Shown one piece after another: positions 56,033-64,000 of a stretch of DNA of 64,000 nt. The stretch is from NCBI GenBank assembly GCA_965203295.1, contig CBDBCZ010000016.1, positions 160,001-224,000 on the forward strand, written 5' to 3'. The notes under the pieces are model-generated. The model worked only from the letters and a program-made list of their open reading frames with translations, did no database searches and was not told where the DNA came from. Every line of letters starts with the position of its first letter. Position 1 is the stretch's first letter. The DNA is from Nitrospirales bacterium. GTDB lineage: Bacteria; Nitrospirota; Nitrospiria; Nitrospirales; UBA8639. Position numbers and translations under genes: made by a program.

Positions 56033-58799
56033 TTAAATTAAACGGCCAAATCACCTCAGCCATGCTGTGGCTGGACATGGCCTACAACTGTAACCGCCTT
56101 GAACTAGGTGAACCTGCCCTGCAACCTGGTCTCTCTCATCCACTGTCTTGGTGGTAATTCTCCACTACAGCCTGGCCTCTCTCCTTGGCCACCTCCAGAT
56201 CATTCATCACCTTCCTTTTTGCAGTCCATATTGCCATCATTTACGATGGCTAGTTGGGATATCAGCTCCCTATGATACCACACATGCATGCAGCTACAGT
56301 TGTAACTGGATATTGAAAATCTAACATAGGGATCTTTAATGTGACAAGGTTTCTAACCCCATTCAGTGATTTCAGTTAAAACATTTGTACCTAGATCACA
56401 ACACAAGCTTCTATCATCTATGATGCATCTATCGTGTATCTTGTTTAGAGCGTGGGATTAACCTGGAATACAAGGATATTGAAAATCTAACATAGGATTT
56501 TAATGTGGAAAGGTTTCCTTCAGTGATGTTAAACATTGTACTTGGATCACTACACAAGCCTCTAATCATTTATTATTTATTGTATCCCAGGTTGATGCTC
56601 TAAACAAGATACACGATAGATGTATGAAGTGTTCAGGAATGTTATACCACCAGTATAGATACAGCAACCAAACCAAAAAATCCAGCCAAGTGACTACAGT
56701 TCAGAATGTCGACCACCCCTCAATTTAGGTCCACTTCTTTTCTCCTTAGGAGGTGATTTCTTTCGTTTATTGTCCTATGAAAAGATAACATCATTAAAAA
56801 TTAATAATGGTTGATCTTGTAGTCTGTAATGGCCGTGAGTTCTCTGTGGAACCACAGTGGACTAGAGCTAGACCTTCTCCGAAGCAGAAGTCTATCATTG
56901 ATTATATAGATACGCTTGTTGCAGGTTTCAGGGAGTGTGCAGGTAGATACAGTGGATATAGGAAAATCGGATCACTTTCTGGTATGGATGGAATTGGGTA
57001 GGACTGTAAAAACCACTAAACAACAGAAGTGGGTGATTAAGAAATGGTGCATTGAACGGTTTCAGGATGAGGAAGTGAGACAGAAGTATCAGGAAGCCTT
57101 AAGTGTAAAAGTAGATGGGTTTCAAGGAAGGGTACGCCAATGGAAGACTCGGGTTGAGGGAATCAGAATTAGTGAAGGCAGTGGTTCAGGATTGGGAAGA
57201 GACAGTCAAGAGGGTAGCATCAAAAGAAATATGGGGAAACGGTGATAGTGTGTGGCAAAGTGGCAAGGTGGTGGGATGGTGAGATTAAAGAGAAGATTAG
57301 GTGGAGGAGACAAGTTTATAAGGAGATTAGTAGTGGCAGGGAAGATAAATGGGGGGAGTATTACAAATTACGTTCAGAAATCAAGGAATTGGTACATAAG
57401 ATAGTTGGAATGAGCTAGGTGATTAAAAAGGCTAACAAAGATTTTCATGAAAACAGGAAGGAGTTCTGGGCATTTGTTGGCAGGACTTCAAAAGGTAGTC
57501 GTAAGGGTATTGCTTCTTTGAGGAGTACTTCAGGTTCATGTGTAACCAGTACTAAGGGAAAGTTGGAAGTATTACGTGAGCATTACGAAAGGTTGGGTAC
57601 AGCATTATTGGATGATCAGTTTGATGATAGCTGGAAAGAGCATATAGATAAGAAAGTGACAGACAGTGAAATGTCTAGTTTGCAGAAGGATAAGGTTTCG
57701 GATAGAGGGATTAGTTATGCAGAAATTAAAGTGTTCTTAAAGCAAGAATAATAAAACAGGACGTAATGATGGGCTAGTTTTTTAAGTACGGTGGCAAAGG
57801 GATGGCTAATCTGTTGAAAGTCTTGTATGGGGTAGTTTGGACAGAGGAGAGTATTCCTAAACAATGGAGACAAGGGTTAATTGTTAGCTTGTATAAGAAA
57901 GGTGATGCTGAGGACCCGGGTAATTACAGAGGCATTACACTATTGAATGTGGTAGGAAAGCTGTTTTGCAAGATTCGAAATAATCGCTTAGTAAGCAGAT
58001 TAGAAGCAAAAAGGGCTCTTCATGAGGGTCAGGCAGGATTTAGAGAGTTTGTGTTGATAACATCTTTACTATCTTTACTCTAAATGAAATTGTACAAAGG
58101 TAGAATGAGGGAAGAAAAGCACACTTATGCTTTTTTCTTGTTCAGGAAGCATTTGACACAGTTTGGCATGATAGTTTATGGTTTGAGTTATGGGAACTTG
58201 GGGTTAGGGGTAGGATGTGGAGAAATAATTATGTATGACATCACACAGAGTGCTGTTTTACTGGAGGGAGAAATGTCTAAGCAATTCAGTATAGGTCAGG
58301 GGGTGGCACAGGGTTGTAGTATGTCGCCTATCTTCTTTTCCATTCTTATTAATCAGTTGTTAGATGAGGTTGAGAAGGCTGGGATCGGCATTACTGTTAA
58401 TGAAGAATGTTAAGGTTGGGGGTCTGCTGTTTGCTGATGATTTTGTAGGCTTAACTACTAATGCTGAGGACTTACAAACCTTGATTAATGTAGTGCAGGG
58501 GTTTTGTAATAAATGGAGGTTGAAATCTAACATAAAAAGAGTGCTGTTATGGTATTTTCTAAAGAGGTTAATTAATACAGGTGCATGTACATGGAAGTGG
58601 GGAGATAATGACATTCCAGAGGTTGTAAGTTACTGTTACTGGAGATTGAATTTGCTAAGAATGGTTCATGGGATAGTCATGTTCAGAAGGTAATAAATAA
58701 TGGAAAGAAAAACCTGAATCAATTACACAGATTTTTTTAAGTAATAGGAATATCAGTACAGTTGCAAGAAGGTTATTGTTAGTTTCAATACTTCGCCCT

Positions 58800-61506
58800 G
58801 ATGCTGAGATTAAAGAGAAGATTAGGTTGAGAAGACAGGTTTATAAGGAGATTAGTAGTGGCAGGGTAGATAAATGGGGGGAGTATTACAAATTACGTTC
58901 AGAAATCAAGGAATTGGTATGTAAGAAAAAACTAGATAGTTGGAATGAGGTGATTGAAAAGGCTAATAAAGATTTTTATGAAACAGGAAAGAGTTCTGGG
59001 CATTTGTTGGCAGGACTTCAAAAGGTAGCCGTAAGGGTATTGCTTCTTTGAGGAGTACCTCAGGTTCATGTGTAACCAGTACTAAGGGAAAGTTGGAAGT
59101 ATTACGTGAGCATTATGAAAGGTTGGGTACAGCATCTGATATCTGTGGATGATCAGTTTGATGATAATTGGAAAGAGCATATAGAAAAGAAAGTGACAGA
59201 GTATAGTGAAATATCTAGTTTGCAGAAGGATAAGGTTTTGGATAGAGGGATTAGTTATGCAGAAATTAAAAAGTGTTCTAAAAGCCTAAAGAATAATAAA
59301 ACAGGAGGTAATGATGGGCTAGTTGGGGAGCTTTTTAAGTACGGTGGCAAAGGGATGGCTAATCTGTTGAAAGTCTTGTATGGGGTAGTTTGGACAGAGG
59401 AGAGTTTTCCTAAACAATGGAGACAAGGGTTAATTGTTAGCTTGTATAAGAAGGGTGATGCTGAGGACCCGGGTAATTACAGGGGCATTACATTATTGAA
59501 TGTGGTAGGAAAGCTGTTTTACAAGATTCTAAATAATTGCTTAGTAAGCAGATTAGAAGCAGAAAGGGCTCTTCATGAGGGTCAGGCAGGATTTAGAGAG
59601 AAAAGGAGTTGTGTTGATAACATCTTTACTCTAAATGAAATTGTACAAGGTAGAATGAGGGAAGGAAAGCACACTTATGCTTTTTTCTTAGATGTTCAGA
59701 AAGCATTTGACACAGTTTGGCATGATGGTTTATGGTTTAAGTTATAGGAACTTGGGATTAGAGGTAGAATGTGGAGAGTTATTAAGAATATGTATGACAT
59801 CACACAGAGTGCTGTTTTACTGGAGGGAGAAGTATCTGAGCAATTCAATATAGGTCAGGGGGTGGCACAGGGTTGTAGTATGTCGCCTATCCTCTTTTCC
59901 ATTTTTATTAATCAGTTGTTAGATGAGGTTGAGAAGGCTGGGATTGGCATTACTGTTAAAAAGGATGTTAAGGTTGGGGGTCTGCTGTTTGCTGATGATT
60001 TTTTAGGCTTAACTACTAATGCTGAGGACTTACAAACCTTGATTAATATAGTGCAGGGGTTTTGTAATAAATGGAGGTTGAAATCTAACATAAAAAAGAG
60101 TGCTGTTATGGTATTTTCTAAACAGGTTAATACAGGTGCATGTACATGGAAGTGGGGAGATAAAGACATTCCAGAGGTTGTAAGTTACTGTTACTTGGGG
60201 ATTGAATTTGCTAAGAATGGTTCATGGGATAGTCATGTACAGAAGGTAATAAATAAAGGAAAGAAAAAACTGAATCAATTACATAGGTTTTTAACTCTTT
60301 GAACGCCATGGGCACATTTATGTGCCCACATAAAATAGAAAAAGTGTGTACTTTATATTAACGCCTAATATAAAAAGGCCTATATAAATTCACATTAGCC
60401 TTATTAAAACTTGGCTGGGAAATAGTTAAGTAATAGGAATATCAGTACCGTTGCAAGAAGGTTATTGTTAGTTTCGGTACTTCGCCCTACTTTAGAATAT
60501 GGTAGTGAAGTGTGGGCTTGTAATAAAAGGCAGGCAGCTTCCTTGGAATCTATTCAGCTAGGAGCAGCTAAATAGACGCTTGGCTGCTCTTTTAAAACGT
60601 GTAATGAAGCAGTAAGGGGGGATATGGGGTTAGAATCTTTGAAAGGCAGGAGGGATAGATGCAAACTTAAGTGGTGGTATAAAGCTAATAATTTGGATGC
60701 TGAGAGATATCCTAGACTACTACTAGACAGTGAGTGGGAAGTGAAGCCGTGTAGGGGTAGGCAGAGGAAGACCTGGAGGAAAATAATTAGTGAATTGTTG
60801 CTGCAGCTAAATCTAGACAGTCAGGAAATACTAGCTGAAGATTATAATGTAAACTTGTTTTTAGAGAGAGTAGATGAAGCATTGAGATGCAAAGAATATA
60901 AGGATTTTAATGATGGCTTAAATAGTAAAGTTAAACTTAGTCTTTACAAGTCTTTTTGTAAGGAAATAGAATTTAAAAATTACTTGCAGGGGGTTGGGGA
61001 TCCAGGAACACGATTGATGTTTAAGTTTAGGTCTGGTACTAATGGTCTGAATGAAGAGTTAGGAAGACATCGGGGTAAAAATGATGATAGGCAGTGTAAG
61101 TTATGTGGGGATGAATGTGAGAGTGTAGTACATGTGCTCTGGGAGTGTCCTGTGTATGATACTATTAGAAGTACTTTCATGGAAGACTTAGACAATCTGT
61201 TGGGTGGAAGTTTTGAGGAGTTTAGTGCGCCCAATACTTTCGAGAAGACGGGCTTTGTTTTAGGGTGTGAGAATTGGGAAAGATATGATTTTAAGGCTTT
61301 ATTAAGGCTAGTTAAGAGTTTTATTTTATTAATCTGGGATACTAGGAAGAATAAATTATATGGCGATCAGGATGGTAATGGTGAGACATCTGGTTGCTTT
61401 TGCTCTTGTCCTCTGACTGGAGATTTTTCAAGCTCCGCCTGCGTATGTGGGTGCGTGGTCAATGGCGTAAGCGCTACGGCAGCAACATGAGTATATTATT
61501 ATTATT
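58800..61506 (+). mobile_element. Non-LTR retrotransposon copy B of the same family, 5'-truncated, (ATT)n tail, with TSD
   Basis: Starts at the position equivalent to ~57276 of copy A. RT ORFs 59106-59747 and 59769-60302, plus C-terminal ORF 60624-61490 with CKLCGDECESVVHVLWEC. Tail tattattattatt. TSD atacttcgccct at 58788-58799 and 61509-61520. In-frame stops are present. Confidence 0.92.
60295..60425. mobile_element. TTAA-flanked piggyBac-type MITE (131 bp) inserted in LINE copy B
   Basis: TTAA at 60291-60294 and 60426-60429. The empty site tttttTTAAgtaataggaa is present in copy A (~58737). The internal motif tattaacgccta..at.aaaa...atataaattca is shared with 55891-56032. Confidence 0.88.
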
Positions 61507-62950
61507 CGATACTTCGCCCTACTTTAGAATATGGTAGTGAAGTGTGGGCTTGTAATAAAAGGCAGATAGCTTCCTTGGAATCTATTCAGCTAGGAGCAGC
61601 TAAAAAGATACTTGGCTGCTCTTCTAAAACGTGTAATGAAGCAGTAAGGGGAGACATGGGGTTAGAATCTTTGAAAGGCAGGAGGGATAGATGCAAACTT
61701 AAGTGGTGGTATAAAGTTAATAATTTGGATGCTGAGAGATATCCTAGACTACTACTAGACAGTGAGTGGGAAGTGAAGCTGTGTAGGGGTAGGCAGAGGA
61801 AGACCTGAAGGAAAGTAATTAGTGATCTGTTGCTGCAGTTAAATCTAGACAGTCAGGAAATACTAGCTGAAGATTATAATGTTTTTGGAGAGAGTAGATG
61901 AAGCATTGAGATACAGAGAATATAAAGATTTTAATGATGGCTTAAATAGTAAAGTTAAACTTAGTCTTTACAAGTCTTTTTGTAAGGAAATAGAATTTAA
62001 AAATTACTTGCAGGGGGGTTGGGGATCCAGGAACGATTGATGTTTAAGTTTAGGTCTGGTACTAATGGTCTGAATGAAGAGTTAGGAAGACATCGGGGTA
62101 AAAATGATGATAGGCAGTTTAAGTTATGTGGGGAAGAATGTGAGAGCTAGTGTAGTATATGTGCTCTGGGAGTGTCCTGCGTATGATACTATTAGAAATA
62201 CTTTCATGGAAGACTTAGACAATCTGTTGGGTGGAAGTTTTGAAGAGTTTAGTGCACTCAATAATTTCGAGAGGACGGGCTTTGTTTTAGGATGTGAGAA
62301 TTGGGAAACATATGATTTTAAGGCTTTATTAAGACTGTTAAGAGTTTATTTTATTAATCTGGGATACTAGGAAGAATAAATTAATATTTGGCGATCAGGA
62401 TGGTAATGGTAAGACATCTGGTTGCTTTTGCTCTTGTCCTCTGACTGGAGATCTTTCAAGCTCCGCCTGCGTATGTGGGTGCGTGGTCGATGGCGCAAGC
62501 GCTACGGCAGTGACATGAGTATATTATACTTATTTTTCAGGACTTAACAAGTTCCAGTGAGCTGGTGGATGAGAACCAGATTCCAAGCATAGCAGAACTG
62601 GAGAACAATTTAGATACATGTATTCCTCACACCACAACATTACAGAATTATAGAGAAAAAAAGTAATAGTGGTCATTGTTGAGATAGTGTTTTTGATGCA
62701 AAGTCAAAAAGGGAATGGAGGTACGTAGGTATGTGGGACCCTTTACGTCATAGATACATGATACTTAATTACTGAACCCAGGATGCTGGTTTCCCTGGTG
62801 GCTTATGCTACCACATCCTAACTGAGTTGCCTTTTTGGAGTGAACTGCTCTAGATGTACTCCCATTCCCACTAATTAGGCGATGGGCCTTCACCTCATAG
62901 ACCATAGAGAGTGGGGTGTGTGATGCTTAGCCTAGGGATTGCATTTGTGA

Positions 62951-63392
62951 TCATACGCATAATATTTACACATGTATTACGAATACAAGGTTGCAAAATA
63001 GAGTGAAGAGAGTTTCCTCGTATACTTTCAGTCATCCCTGTCTTGATATCACACACAAAAAGCTTTAATAATCTTAGAGTGATAGGCACAACTGCTTATT
63101 AAACCGAGTGTACAAGGGGAGATGGGTGCTGATGAGGCTGCCCAAGCATAATTCACCAATCAATTACTTATAGTATCAATTGATTGGTGAATTATGCTTG
63201 GGCAGCCTCATCAGCACCCATCTCCCCTTGTACACTCGGGTTAATAAGCAGTTGTGCCTATCACTCTAAGATTATTAAAGCTTTTTGTGTGTGACATCAA
63301 GACAGGGATGACTGAAAGTATACGAGGAAACTCTCTTCACTCTATTTTGCAACCTTGTATTCGTAATACATGTGTAAATATTATGCGTATGA
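62951..63392. repeat. Near-perfect fold-back inverted repeat, 215-bp arms, 12-bp spacer
   Basis: Arms are 62951-63165 and 63178-63392, with two mismatches found by eye. The spacer is acttatagtatc. Confidence 0.95.
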
Positions 63393-63481
63393 CGAGTCAT
63401 TTCACTTTGAGAGGGCTTCCTTTCTGCCAAGTTATTCTGTCGCTGTACCCCAGCAGAGTTTCAAGTATTCACGGTGAATAT

Positions 63482-63547
63482 TAGTCTCGGCCCCAGACCC
63501 TCCCTGCACTCGCAAAAAAGTGCAGTGAGGGTCTGGGGCCGAGACTA
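63482..63547. mobile_element. 66-bp palindromic MITE with 9-bp TSD
   Basis: tagtctcggccccagaccctc...gagggtctggggccgagacta, flanked by ggtgaatat at 63473-63481 and 63548-63556. Confidence 0.88.
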
Positions 63548-64000
63548 GGTGAATATGTGCACTTGCTTACAACGTTGGCCTTCAAAGCCATCATGAAGAT
63601 AGACAGCAGACTGTACTTGCTGAGCGATAATGCAAAACTAGTAGCATGTTTGGATATTTTGGTGAAAATGAACAAGATACCACTTACTTTTAGTTGTGAA
63701 CTGACTCTGAAGGGGTTGTGGTAATTGGGATCCTCCGGAATTAACCCAATCTCTTGAGCCATCTAATTGCACAAAGGAAGAATAATCAACACCAATCATC
63801 TATGCAGTTACAAGCCACTTACTAGGTGTAATTGTGTTGCATGAGGTCCTGAGAAAATTGTCTTTGACTGGCTACAAAATTCCATGGCCCACTTGAACAC
63901 AGAGTGCCACTCCCTGTGCTTCTTGTAAATCTGATGAGCAAGCATGAAAAGAATTACATAATGTACACAAGTGATATGGGTGAATGATTTCACTCTCTGA

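Larger units (their letters stand above)
56803..62530 (+). mobile_element. Non-LTR retrotransposon copy A (APE-RT-CCHC, RTE/RTEX-like), 5'-truncated, split by copy B into 56803-58799 and 61521-62530
   Basis: APE end motifs SIIDYI and SDHFLVW, RT motifs NYRGITLL, QAGFR, GVAQGCSMSP and LFADD, with many frameshifts. The sequence breaks at ...atacttcgccct (58799) and resumes at actttagaatatgg (61521). Confidence 0.9.

Noticed and set aside
56803..62530. Simple tandem duplication of one LINE, or an active LINE
   Set aside because: The TSD and tail show nested insertion. Both copies have stops or frameshifts and are 5'-truncated.

Overview
Eukaryotic, repeat-dominated window that looks like the edge of a centromeric or pericentromeric domain. 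An invertebrate, possibly a demosponge, is only an inference from short GT-AG introns, abundant TACATGTA and TAG...CTA hairpin elements. I see no intact host gene. 1-28223 is an AT-rich satellite of two unrelated ~180-bp monomers (A, B) in AB/ABB/ABBB units, and it flips orientation across the 3' half of a piggyBac transposon (19831-20839) ending in GGG-TTAA. 28222-51820 holds four rearranged, disabled copies of a multi-exon coiled-coil gene resembling FHAD1. These are separated by a truncated Gypsy element (5' LTR, tRNA-Leu PBS, gag) and by a second ~180/360-bp satellite lying between CACTG-type termini. 56.8-62.5 kb is a three-level nest: a TTAA MITE inside a 5'-truncated LINE, itself inserted with a TSD into another copy of the same LINE. 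The window also contains 66-68-bp hairpin elements with 9-bp TSDs and a 2x215-bp fold-back palindrome. Family assignments come from recalled motifs, not database searches, and some boundaries are approximate. I found no convincing new protein-coding system. The most notable signals are structural: ~180-bp periodicity in unrelated satellites, and broken transposons at the three major orientation switches.
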